Shown here: piece by piece, positions 12,634-25,198 of the stretch
Layout: every line of letters starts with the position of its first letter
Numbering within the stretch: position 1 is the stretch's first letter
Origin: Cirrosporium novae-zelandiae
Lineage: Eukaryota
Direction: 5' to 3'
DNA: 64,000 nucleotides
Assembly: GCA_026023565.1 (NCBI GenBank)
Contig: JAPETS010000021.1
Span: forward strand, 248,001-312,000
Notes under the pieces: model-generated
What the model saw: only the letters and a program-made list of their open reading frames with translations
Told to the model about the DNA's origin: nothing
The model's database searches: none
Position numbers and translations under genes: made by a program

Positions 12634-13960
12634 TTAAAATAATGTGAGAAGATTGACATCCCAAGTATCCTCAAGAGGGACCACCTCATCTGAATCTGTG
12701 CGAAGAAATTCACTATCGAAGAGGTCTAGGTTCAATGGAGAAAGAGCTCGCCCGGCAACATCTTCTGGATTCAGGAATTTCTCAAAGAGTTCGTTGTCCT
12801 CGGTATCTGCAGCAAAGACAGCATCTTCTGCCTGTTTCCAATCGATAGCGGATGTATCTATCATTGATTCCACAATCTGTTCTTCACTTGGGCCACTCAA
12901 AGGAAGAAAATTGGGAATATTCATTCTTCGGTAATACTGATTGGTTGCATTGATAAAGCTCTGCTGATTTCCGAAGTTGGAAATGTGAGGAGGTTGAATC
13001 AAGGAAGGTGGAGGGGGTGGCTGAGTACTGGCAGCAGCAGCTTCTTGTTTTTTTGTTGCGAAAGCGAAGTTGTGACAGTTGGAGAGATCTTGAAGCTCTG
13101 CATCAACAAGATCAAGGTCGTCTGACTGGACAGGAAGATTGATAGCCATGGACTTATTATCCACAGGCTGGGTGAAGTTAAGAGAGTCAATATCTTCGGT
13201 CCCTGAGATCTGAGTAGTTCCCACTTGTCCTTTGGCTGGTGCAGTTGTATCTCTAGAATCTTTTGCATCCGTTGCAGCCGCAGCTATAGCTGCAAGTTTC
13301 CTGGCAGTCATACGTCGTTTCTTTTCTGAGGGCTTGCGAGGGCAGTACTGGTACTGAGGATGGTCAATGAGGTGTTTGGCTTTGAGATCCCTGGCTTGTC
13401 TCTCAAACATCTGCTTCACGGGGAGGGATTCATTTCTCCACTGTTGACCTAAAATGATCGCTAATATGATATTAGTATATTCCAATGTTCACAAAAGGAC
13501 ATATTTCTTACATATCTGGTTGTTATGAAGTCCAGGGTTGTTTTTCTTAACTTGGGGGTGGTGATGCTGTCTGTACAGAATGAAGGCATTTGGAGGACGA
13601 GGGATCTTGGTGGTGCCAGCTCGTTTAGTCGTATATTTGATGGGACGGCCAAGAACAGCAGGACGCATCAAGCGAGTAGAACTAGAGCCAATATCATAGA
13701 CAACCAAAGGCTTGGCTTTAATCGCCATTCTAGTAATGTTAGTGCCATGTAATAAGATATTTGAGATGCTCTTGTACATACTTGAATCGAGATTCGAGTA
13801 CTCGCAAACCTTCAACACCAATGAGATCCTTGATGTCGTCTGGGATAATGATCTCCTCAAGGCCGTCTTTAAACGCACCAACAGCGATGCTCCAAACTTG
13901 GTCAACAAGCTCACTTGGGCTGCTAGCCTCAGGTGCGAAAGAAGAAGAGGAACTGTTCAT
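12634..13960 (-). CDS. MAT1-2-1: Mating-type HMG-box transcription factor, 3 exons (13960-13782, 13729-13512, 13460-12634), about 407 aa
   Basis: HMG box KIPRPPNAFILYRQHHHPQVKKNNPGLHNNQIS/IILGQQWRNE...HPQYQYCPRKPSEKKRR, with the diagnostic intron inside the Ser codon (T|CG). Adjacent to SLA2. Confidence 0.96.
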
Positions 13961-14335
13961 CCTGAGTGTATGATAGTGATAAGAAAAGTTTGAAAGACTT
14001 TGATCAGTTGGTAAGTGAAGTAGCTGTGATGAATCTTGATGTGTGGTTGTTGAAAGTCTTGGTTATGAGAATGAAGTTGAATGAATGAGTTCTGGGTGAA
14101 GTTTTCTGCTTGGGTTAGGAAAATGGGGAGGTTGGTCCTTTGTGTTGTGGAAGATCGAGAGTGCAGACAACACCAAAGGGCTACCAGTCAATGCGAGCTT
14201 AGTCTTAAATTTCTTTTACCGGGTTGAGTTCCCTCTTTATCTACCCAAACAATTATTTCTCAAGCTAGCTAGCCTCGACCAGAACTATCTTTGCGTTCAA
14301 AAAACATTATCTTTCTGTTGCTGAATACCGCAGAG

Positions 14336-15120
14336 ATGGGGGTGGTCAAATCTCAGAAGAGCAAATCCGTGCGTGAGGAGAAAGCAAGCAAAAGAACAAT
14401 CTACTTTGCTAAAAGACTGAAAAAGATCTCCAAGCTCACTGTCGGAAAAGTCGATGTCCCAAGTCTGAAGAATACAGAGAGCGGATCTATTTCGATGGAA
14501 CGAACAATTATCTTGCCAGCTGATAAAACACTGGTGCCAACTCACTTGAGTGATCTTAATGATCTATACAAGACTGAACAGGAACTGGCAACTGTGCTTA
14601 TGAGCTGCGCCGATACTGTGCTCCGCCTGCACAAACCAGCATACACTGATTCCGAAATTAAAGAGCTTTGTACGCTGTATCGCTTAGCTATTCGAGTATT
14701 GCTTCAAGAGTAAGCAGCAACCCCGAAGAGCACTGCCTTCACTGACAACCAATTAGACAGACCAACTCCTTCACTGCCGATCAAGGTTTGACAGAACGGA
14801 GGCAAGGCTTAGATCTTGGCCCTCGAACTGTGGAGCTATTTGAACAATTCTTCGCCAACTCGAAAAAACCCAATGCGGAGGAGCGAATCATGTTAGCCAT
14901 TGCTGGTGGTGTTAACTTAGGTCAAGTTGACCATTGGTGTAGGTGACTCCAGACCCCTTCAATAAACGCTTAGACTGACTTTTTCTAACATATAGTTGAT
15001 ATCAAAAACGAGAAAATGAGACCTGTATTTGCTATTAGAGCCAAAATTCGTGGTAATGGACCATGTGAGAGATATCTTCGCTTACAACGTATCCTATCAG
15101 CACGAAGCTTCGAGATATGA
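14336..15120 (+). CDS. MAT-idiomorph gene encoding a degenerate homeodomain protein, 3 exons (14336-14709, 14757-14938, 14996-15120), about 226 aa
   Basis: Introns GTAAGC..CTGAC..TAG (14710-14756) and GTAGGT..CTAAC..TAG (14939-14995) keep one frame. The product contains LGPRTVELFEQFFANSKKPNAEERIMLAIAGGVNLGQVDHWFDIKNEKMR with homeodomain spacing; the second intron splits the Phe codon of WF. Confidence 0.75.
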
Positions 15121-15908
15121 AGACTGGAGGCAGAGAGCGTTTGGAATGGTCTCAGAGCGGGAGTAAAAACATGCTTAACGAAATATTCTCTGCACTGCTA
15201 CAGTTGTGCAGAAGGTTGGGCGTTAGACGTTAGGATGTGTGATAAAAATGCAGCATAGCCGAGCCGCTCGGCAGAATTCATGTATTCCCTAGCTCATTTT
15301 CTTTCCTATATTGAGCAACGGCACCTACCTTTGTAATTAATTCAGACTGAATTCCATCACGCAAGTTACAGGACAAGTTAACTATGGTTGTTTGTCGTAG
15401 CCTAGGGTACACTAAGCCTGATGTATCTATTTGGTCCTCGTAAGTTCGGAAGTCCTATTTAGTACCCTTGAAAGGCACGTGGAAGGTTAATGCACCTCAC
15501 GCCTTGGAACCTTTTTAACACTACTGTGTATATCCGGAGCTAATGTGTGAAAAACTAGCTTGCCATGAGCCTTATTTATTCTTTCTATCTCATTAGATCA
15601 CTATAACTACTTTAGCTGTATAATATATTGATGATCGATGTTAAATGACTTAGCTTGAATTAGGAGTTTAGTGTTTGAGTACCTGCGTAAATATTTTTGG
15701 TTAATAGTTTGAAATAAAATATGAAAATGTGTAAAGCAAAGGCAAGCAGCTTCTCACTTTGTTCGTGGGAAAAGCATGGATAAAAGATATGAACAGTGTA
15801 ATATACACATGAGGTTGCTTTCTAGACAGACATTGCCCTAAAAATTGCACATATAAGGTAAAAGACAAATATGCGGTATTATTTGTTGATGAGCTACTGA
15901 TACTTTTA

Positions 15909-18900
15909 CTACTCCTCCCTGTAGGAAACCTTTCGCATCTCCCCAAGCCGCTTTCTTGCTAGCTCTAAATTGTTCTCTAATTGTAGGATCTCGACCTAGA
16001 AGTTATTAGCCTTAGGCCTTATAATGATAGGAAAGTGATAATAACAGACCTGCTGTTCCATCTCTCGCACTTTGAATTCATGCCCGCTGAGTTTGGTATA
16101 ATCCACTGCTTCTTCGCTGTCCTTATTTCTCTGGCTAATAATTTCCTGCACCTGACGGACCAAGCTCCGACAAGCAGCCGTTACAGCTTTGCTAGCAGAC
16201 TCTAACCGATCTTGTGTCTTGCTCATAAATGTAGCTTTCACCCTGCTAGCGGCTACCAACTGTGCAGTGGATGCAGCGACTTCGTTACTCGCGACTATCA
16301 GCTGCTCGGGACTATTACGTCCAGAAATAACACCGTCAGCTGTTTCAATTAAGGTATTCGTGGAAGTAGCAACAGCCTTGGCCGCACTGATTAGGCCTTC
16401 CGTCCATCGATTATTCTTTTTATAGAATGCGGTTCTAGATGAGCTACCTCGCCCTTCACGGACAATTTCTTGCTGGGAAGCTGTTGCTGCCTTGATCAAT
16501 TGTGCGATTGCATTCGTAACTGCAATCGCAGCCTCCAGGATGGAGTCATGTATCCGAAGTTCATAACTAGAATAGCCATCCCTCGGCTTCTTCTTGAGCT
16601 TACTTAACCGCTCTGCTGCTGCATCAATTGCATTGGCAGCATTTGTTAACTCTTGGTCAACCAGATCTCCGAGGTCACCCGCTGCGTTTGTAATTTTGCT
16701 ATGCGGAGCAAAGGCATCGGCAAGCTTAGATAACTTCTGCAAATTCATGAGAACTTCATGGTTGTTATTGATTACGACATCCGTCTTCTTCATGGGATCT
16801 AGCCCCTCTAGGCGAAAGGATTGAACACCCCTAAAGAAGTTCATGGTTGATTGAGCTGACTGTCTGGCCGCATTAATTAGCTGGTCGCCTTTCTTCTCGT
16901 CGGTGGCAAATCGGGTTAATCCTTTTGTATTACTTAGGACATCAGCTATGGATCCAGCAAACACATTGACCGTGCGAATGATCTCCGCATGCGTGCTATT
17001 GGGTCCATCTGCAATGAAATTGTTGTAAGCTGTAGCAAACTCGGTAGCACTACTTGAAGCCTTTTCGATTTGGGATAAGACATAGGCTGCAGAGGCATTT
17101 TGGTTTCCCGCTTGCATGGTTGAATCAAGTTCATATAGCGCATCGTCAACTCTCTGAACTCCACTCTGAAGAACCGAGTCGATGATGTCACTTATTTTCT
17201 GCACATTTTGGAGTAGAACCGAATCAATTTGCCCGTCGAGGGCTTTATCGGTATCTCCCTGAGATTGTTTGAGCTCCTCCACTTCTAGTAAGGCTTGGTC
17301 CATCCCTGATTTGTATATCTCGAGTTCTTCTTCTTTCTCTCTTAGAGCACGCTCAAGATCATCCCCATGCTCACCCTGTTTGATATGCATATCTTCAAGG
17401 GCTCGGGTTTTGTTGCGAAGTGCTTCCTCTAGATCAGCCATTTCGCGATTATATTTCGCTAGAAGATTGGACAATTCAGTCCCTTTCGAGCGTTCTGCAT
17501 TATCTGCTTTCTCTAATGCAAATCTAAGTTCTCGTTTGAGTTTTTCGACTTCTTCTTTGCTGCCTCCGGTTATTCTGTCCTTCTCGTGTAAAGCTTTGTC
17601 TCGTTCCCTGATCATGTCTGCCAGTTCTAAGTTCTTAGTTTTAATTTCTCTTTCTAGCTTCTCTTTCTTATCTATTGCTTCCTGGGCAGACGCTGCTTTG
17701 AGTTGTACAGACTTGAATTTCTGAAGCAACTCTAAGTGCTCATGTCGTAACTGAGAATAAAGCTTTGCTAGGGCTTCATACTTTGACCGCCAGGTATTGA
17801 GCTGCTCTTGTAGTGCACGTATTTGATCGTCTTTGGAAGAGTTCTGCTGAGCAAAGTTTGAATTTAGCTGCTCTAGTTGGGTTTCTAGGTCCTTCATTCT
17901 CCGATCATATTGTTGAAGAAGAAGCTGGTCTCGTTCGTACTGTGCACGAGCATTAAGATTCTCCTGCTCTAGCTCTGCGAGGCGCCCCTGAGTTTGTGCT
18001 TGATATTGTTCCCGCATCAATTGCTCTTGGGCGAGACGTTGTTGCTCGGCTTGAAGTCTTTGTTGGTCTTCAAATTGTCTTTGGGCTTGTTCCTGAGCTG
18101 CAAGCTGTTGGCGTTGCTGTTCTTCCCACTGCTGCTGTAGTCTACGCTGTTCAGCTTCAAATTCATCCTGTTGGCGGCGCTGTTCATTTTTCCAGAATTC
18201 GTTTATCGGCTCTGGATCTACAGACGGGGCTTGCGCCGGAGGAGGGGTTGGCTCTTTCTCGACTTCTTTAGCGGGTCTCTTGGGAAGGGCAGGCCGGTCT
18301 TCATCTTCTGCAAGAAGATTTGGGGGGTCTTGAGGCAGTCTTGGGACAGTAATAAGGCTGGTAAGGTATCGAAGATTGGAACATTCGTAATAAAATTTAA
18401 CTAGACGGTAATGCTGAGCATCGTATCGACCTCGTAATGGTTCTAAAGCTTCTTCATCACCGGTGGCTGAAGCCAATCAGAACATGGACGTAATGTGAGG
18501 AGGTTGGCTCTTACTTGTATGCATCGCTCTGAGCATGCTTGTGATGAACTTATAAATACCATAAGACTCCTGCACAAGCGGAACAAGAGCTGATATCCTG
18601 CATTCGTTACTATTTCCTCCTCGGAAATGAGAGAAAATAAGTTTTTGAAATGCATCGATCTGATCCTGTAAAGTCATAAGATCAGATATTGTCTCATAAC
18701 TATTATTCTTAGTTAGTTATAGCCTAGTTTTAAAGAAGAGCACTGGAACTTCACCCTTCGTTAGGGTCATTTATAGATTTAAGGCTGATATACTCCTCAT
18801 ACTCGAACAATCCTAGCTGTTTATCAGCACGTCTCATTAAATCGGGTGTGACCGTAGCTCACCATTAAATTCAGGGTGTTGTCGATGAAATGCCAGCTTC

Positions 18901-19555
18901 GCAAGTAAAAAATAGACATATTCCCTTATAAGAGGACCGTAGCCTATGGCCTTTGATAAGCGTTTGTTCATAGCTAGAGATGCCTAGTCGGTTATTTCCT
19001 AAATGGCTGACCTCGAAGTCCTTCCCCAGACACCCCTCTTGTCAAGCTTTCTAGCCAACTGACATGGCTCTGGCCTTCCCTGACTGTTATTGGATGGCCT
19101 TCCTGCAATACCTTATGAATTGTGATAAGTGCTTTGAATGTTTGGACCTCATCGGCGAGAACAGGCTGTCTGCAAATTAAAGAAGGCGGTTAGCAAGGAC
19201 AAATATCTTAGGGCCTCATGGGGGTGGAAATTGCTTACACTTTCATGCCAGACCAAAAGGACTGGGACGATTTGTGGTCCCATGTATAGACAATGCAGCT
19301 ACGTACATGCTTTCCTGGGTATCTTTCAGCATCATTTGATCGGTGGCGCAAGGTAGTCCATACGTTTAGGGGCCGTCTCATCTAGAAAAACGGTTGATTA
19401 GCCAGGTTGCTTTTCAACGGGAAGTGCCCAAGGGCGTTAAACCTATGCTTGTGGCTTTTCGGATGTTAATGGCTAAATCGGTTTCGGACCTGAAGACGTA
19501 AAATGTTCAGCTCGAATTCAAAGCAGGCATTAACTGATGTAGCTTACCTGCTCAT
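15909..19555 (-). CDS. SLA2: Endocytic adaptor Sla2/End4 (ANTH, coiled coil, I/LWEQ), multi-exon
   Basis: MSR/SETDLAINIRKATSI..ETAPKRKHVRSCIVYTW (ANTH). I/LWEQ region FYKKNNRWTEGLISAAKAVA..QLVAASRVKA..EMEQQVEIL. Canonical MAT flank. Confidence 0.97.
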
Positions 19556-20359
19556 GTTGATAGGGTACGACGTATCTGTCGTGAGATATCTAAACGAAGA
19601 AAAAAGCCCTTAATAGAATATCCTATAAGTGGAGAATAGAGAGGAGATGGGATAAGAGGTTAGGAAGTACCTTAAGAAGACAGATTAGGAGACACGATTA
19701 AATCTTGATGAGTATCGTCAGAAGGGAGAAGGGACTAAGAAGTATGATCAATTTCCAAGGCAGCAGCACTCCAGTTGTCGCAAGCTTTAGCCTTGCCACT
19801 AATGATTTGATTAACTGATGACTGGTTGTGATTATCGAATAGATCGAAGCGCAATTTAGACAGAATTGTCCCAGGCCGCGGGCAGCTTTTCAAATGATAG
19901 TAATGATTGGGGTATTGTAAAAAGGTACGGGAATTAGCGGTGCCTAAATAATATGAATAAAGTGCAGGGACTAATTATGCACATCCCGAGGCACAAATCA
20001 GCCACTATCCTTATTTGAATCTAATGAGCTACAAAAGTATGAATTCTATAATTCAAACTTCCAGTTGCTAAATATGACCTATCATCTGCGCAAGTGCAAA
20101 ATGGGGTAGCATTAATAAGCTACAGTACATCATTTCTATATTAATTGAATACTAATGTAGAGCTGCCATCTCTAAAGTACGTGACTTGCCTAACTATTTG
20201 ATAGAAATCATCGCCTTAGCTCTTAGCAGATAACATCAGATTGTTCATAGCGCTTCTCCACTAACCAGCTTGCCAAAAACATCCCCTGCAGACTGTATGG
20301 TTTGGGAGTCTTATTTGATGCCCTAAACACCCGCCCAGATCTTAGGATATTTGCCATGA

Positions 20360-23287
20360 TCATGGATGCCTATTATCTTCATTGACCCATACATTCTTTG
20401 TTATGGCTTCGTCCTCTTGAGCTGTAGACCAGCTAGGCAAATCACGCCATTCATCCTCAACTGAAGCTGACATTAGCCTATAGTCTGTCTCAAAGGGTAG
20501 GCGATTATCCTGGGCGGACAGATCCTGGGAGTGGTTGCAAGCAGATTGTACATCACCTCCTTTGCTGGAGGGCATATACTCTTCAGTGCCAACCTGTTCC
20601 TCATTTTCGGATTCATTTCGAGTAAAGCTTGAGTTTGGGCTGGGGGGTTCTGGGTCAGCCGGGGCACCAACAACCATAAGTCTGTCTCCTATTCCTTCTT
20701 CGCTTTCAACTGACATGGACTTGACCTTGCGAGCAGGTAAAGGGGGGGGTGTTTGTAGTCTCAATTTATCGAGATTAGATAACGGTCCATGAGTAGGAAG
20801 GCGAGGTGGGAGAGGGGGTTTTCTTTTAGGTATGCTAATTGGCGTAGTTGAGGGAGTGGGACTCTTTGATAGGAACTGTGATATTCCTTTCGGTGGTGAT
20901 GGCGTCTCTCTACCAATAGGGAGTTTGGATACGCCTGCTTTTTTCTGCGTTGGCATCTCAGGAGAAGTTTTCCACTCGGAACGCCCAAGTACACCAAGTC
21001 CCCATTTCTTAGCAGCAGTCCCAATTGATGAAAGTGACTGTCTCTTATTAGCAGTAATGGGAGGCTGGATCGACGACCCTACAGGTTTGGTTGATATGGA
21101 TTCTTCACTTGGAGCAAGATGCCTGGGAACAGGTTGTTTGTTGAGGCTCACAGACATGGGCGATTCGGGAAATGCCTTACATACGTTTAGATCCGTAAAA
21201 GCAGGATATTCTTCAGCTGAGTTGCTAGCTGTAGAAGATATCGATGACCGGCTTCCTCGTCCAGTGTTTCCCGAACACGATTCGGAATTAAATATCAGTG
21301 GTTCATCAGGAGGGGAGCCGAAAGGTGTGTCCGATGGGGTTGGGGACTGAGAGCGTTGACTAATGGCAATCATCGAGTTTGTAGCTTCAGATTTCCTCTC
21401 ATCACTAGAATTTTGCCTGTAAGCCCCAACTTTCGCGGTGCTTCTTGAGACGACAGGATGTGCAGCAGAAGCAAAGGAATTCGAACGCATCGCTTTGGGG
21501 GCCCTCGGTAACGGAGAACTGACTGGCTTGTCTGTCCCAGAAGACGCACCGGAATCAACAGAATCATAGAGTTCCCCGGCAGATTGAGCAGTTGTTTGAG
21601 ACCTCATTAACGTTGAAGGAGAAGCGGATAGACTAGGCATACTCCTGGTCTTACCATCTACTTGGTTCTCTGCACTCGAGGCAGGCGGAAGACTGTTACC
21701 AGACCCATCCTTGGATTGAAACTGACATTCTTGTATTTTTGTTGTCGAGTTAGATGCAGAATGTGGAGCTTCATTTTTTGCCCATATCCCCCCTCGAAAA
21801 CGTTGGCCCTCAGTATGCAAGAAAGGACTGTCATCCCAGTGGGGGATGACAAGTGTTTCAGCGATGACTTCTCTTATCCGACTTTCGATTGCTCGGATGA
21901 TGACACCGTAAGTAATCTGGCGTGAACTTACAATAGGCTCTATAGCCATTTCAAGTTTGGGCATAGCTTCAAAGGAAAACCAGAGTCTGTTGCTTGGTGG
22001 TGGTTTTAATCGGACTATGGCACGCCCTTCGAGCCTTTTCAGAACAACAGCTAGGACCAGCTGGACCTCGCGAGCCTTAAATCTGGCACCTAAATCAATC
22101 CGAGCTGTTGCTGCAATTTCAATTCTGAAATTTCCAGTGTAACTTACGTCTGATTCGACGCAGCATTCACCATCTACCGTTAGATCTCTTAGTTTTGGGT
22201 TCGTAATTAAAGGCGCCCCTTCACCCATATCAATTTTCCCAACCTTGATATCAGATAGAAAGGCAGGCTTTTTAACTCTTGATATTTTCGTCATCATTTT
22301 TTGCCGAATAAAATCTTCGATTTCACTTGTTTTATATAAAGCTAAGAACGCTCGGCCAACCAGCGCATTGATCCACCGTGTTTCTAAATGTTCCTCCGAG
22401 GAATGCAAGCGTTGGACTAGTGTTATAATGTGCTGAATTTCAAACAGCTGCGGAGTTGGAGAGCTCCCATCATCATCGTCATTGTTTATTTGTGGCTCTT
22501 GATGTCGCAGAAGTGCAAAATAGAAGTCTTCTTTCTCCGAGCAATTTTCCGAAAATAGGTAGAAGGGTTTTGATGGAGGTAGCATGCCTTTGGAATCCGG
22601 AGTCCTGGTTAGACATATAGCATTGCGTTTGATCCAAAGTTCACCTTCTGGTATTATGTCTCTCTCTCCACATATGCTGACATGGTGGTGAGCTAACGAT
22701 ATGACATGCCGTACCTCCAGCTGTTCGGAATCATCGTAAAGCATAAGATGACAATGTCTAACATTAGATTTAGTATGTGGATAAATCTCGGACTATTATG
22801 TTTTCCGGAAATACCTTAAAACCACGAAGAAGACATTCGAGGCCCGTTTAACGTTCTTGGTTTTCCCCTTTGCAGGATCGAAGGTTGGGGTCTGTTTCCG
22901 GTCAAAAATACTTCTGTACATGCTTTGATAGACGCTTGGGCTCTCGGTAGCAATCACTTCACCAGCAGGTGTGGTGCGTTCAGGTGGTTTGCCGTTAATA
23001 CCCCCTGGAACGTATTCCCGGCAAACGGCAAAATATCCCGCGGCAACATCTGGCTCATGACTACTTCTGAACTTTTCAGCAAGAGTATCTATGGCGGATC
23101 CTAAACTGAAACCATCGTCACCCAGCTGCCGGAGGCTTTCTCCATCAGAGTCGAAAGGTGCATGATGATTGCGATCGTAACGTGACGAAGTGAGAAAGGC
23201 ATATCCTAGAACGAAGACAAGGAGAACGGGCAGGAAGGTAAGACCTCCGAGAAGATATGCTAGAAGGAAGTTGATAAAAGAGCCCAT
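20360..23287 (-). CDS. NVJ2: PH + SMP domain membrane-contact-site protein (Nvj2/TEX2-like), 2 exons
   Basis: N-terminal TM (FLLAYLLGGLTFLP), PH-like region (FFVVLR..EGELWIKRNAI), SMP region (TRWINALVGRAFL..KPPPSNRLWFSF..IEPIVSSRQIT). Confidence 0.85.
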
Positions 23288-23957
23288 CAGGTTTTCGATG
23301 GAATTAGGAGTGGAGATGAGTCCATTTGGACTTGGGATTTAGCGATCCGAAGTAGATAAGAAGCAGATAAGAAGTTAGAACTTGGGGTGCTCCAAAGACT
23401 AGTATGTCATAAAGGAGTCTTAAGACGTGCCTAGATAGGAATTGAAGCCCAATAATCGTATCGTAAGAGTATGCAATGTGAATACCATGTATTGTAGGCG
23501 ACAAGAGGAGTCTCGTTGGTAACTTGAAGGTAACGTGGGTGTGTTGGTGCGTGGGTGCATGGGCGCATGGGCGCCAAAGCACAGGTCAGATTCTTGATTA
23601 TTACCTAATAAGGTTCTATAGCCCACATCTAAGTGTTGCTTAACTGAATCCTGTTGCTACATTGGTCTTACCTATGAATGTACCTACATTTAAGGCAACG
23701 ATTAGTACAACGATAAGAGAAAGGGAAGTCGCTTGACCTATTGTTGATTTTGAATTTCCCAGCCGTTATAAAATTTATAGTGTCCAACTTAGGAGAAATG
23801 GATTGTATCATTATCTACTTGAGACGGAAAGAAAACAGATAGTTGTATTCTGCATAGGAAAGTTTTGCTCCATTGGCAATTTCTTGTTTGTAATAAGTTT
23901 CAAAGAGCTAGTAATGGTAGCTTGGTTAAACAAGATAAATATTATAGCAGAGCTCAA

Positions 23958-24652
23958 TCATTGACCGTCTACCTTTCTTCTCTTTACCCCGCCCTCAGGA
24001 TCTTCCTTGGTCGGTACAACCACCTTGATTCCTTTTTCACCAGGGTGCCAGTTAACAGGGCAAACCTCGCCATATTTCTCGGTGAACTGGAAGGCATCAA
24101 TAAGACGCAAGGCTTCATCCACACTTCTACCAACAGGAAGATCATTGATGGTAATTTGCCTCAGTGTCCCGGATGGGTCAATAATAAACATGCCTCTAAG
24201 GGCTACTCCTTGATCCTCTAGAAGTACACCATATGCCTTGCTCATCTTGTGATTCTTATCACTAAGCAAAGGTACCTCTACACCTCCAAGCCCACCGTTG
24301 TCCCGAGGAGCGTTATTCCAAGCAAGTAAAGTATGTTCGGAGTCCGTGGAAGCAAATGCTACGGTGGTATTCCGCTTAGCAAACTCGGGGAGGGCCTTGT
24401 TGAAGCCAATAATTTCGGTTGGGCAAACAAAGGTGAAGGCCATTGGGACAAAAACAAGAATAACCCATTGCTTCTTGCTCATAAAGCTTTCAAGGGAGAG
24501 TTCTATAGATGTTAGCAAGCGGTGGAGCTGAGGGCGAGAAAAGATGAAAATAATCATACGCAACACATACCTTCAAACGTGCCATTGATGACGGCTGTGC
24601 ACCTGAACGAGGGAGCAGGTTGCTGCACTCGGGCTTGAGATTCGTATGGCAT
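23958..24652 (-). CDS. TSA1: Typical 2-Cys peroxiredoxin (AhpC/Prx1 family), 2 exons
   Basis: FTFVCPTE peroxidatic motif, [25 protein letters not shown] and resolving GEVCPVNW. Confidence 0.92.
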
Positions 24653-25198
24653 TTTGAAACGGTGGTATATGTAGAAGGTGTAGTAGATGCTTTCGATAAT
24701 GTGCTAATCGTGTATAGTGGCCGAAAATTAAGGCTTGGCACTAGTTTAGACAGTCTGGTTGTTGTGTATAGTTGCTGTGGTTATCACCTCACCACTAGGA
24801 GGAGGTGAAGCGACATATTTATAAATCATTTGAGCAGTGGGTCCAAAACACGGACTTTGGCGCTCTTGGCAGACATTTCAAGCATTTCCGCAAGAATCCG
24901 AAGGCGGTCAATCATGAAATTGAAAGGCCTCTTCTAAGGTCTTCCAAAACGTTTTGCTGATGAGATAAGCTCAAGGTCCAGCCAGGACACAACTTTATCA
25001 ATTGAAACTCCCCCACTCGAAACTTATCGATAAAGCCGATAAGGCTCTACAAGCGAGCAGAACCCGAGAACCTTCATCAAAGTGGATCTACACTACTTTA
25101 GTATCCGTCATCTCAAATTCCTCTTAATTATCCAAGATCCTCCTTTATTTATAACATGCCAACTGGAAATTCCGCTTTCATTTCGCGTCACCGTTATC

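Noticed and set aside
14291..14713. ORF-track 140-aa ORF as a complete single-exon gene
   Set aside because: It starts at TTG and its stop lies inside a GTAAGC donor site; it is exon 1 of the spliced homeodomain gene.
15121..15908. Possible truncated MAT1-1-1 remnant between the HD gene and SLA2
   Set aside because: No alpha-box-like translation was recognisable by eye; it looks like convergent 3' UTRs.
16189..18404. Several plus-strand ORFs overlapping SLA2 (similar ones overlap NVJ2, SLU7, RIM2, REV3 and the septin)
   Set aside because: These are antisense or alternative-frame shadows of conserved genes with no independent features.
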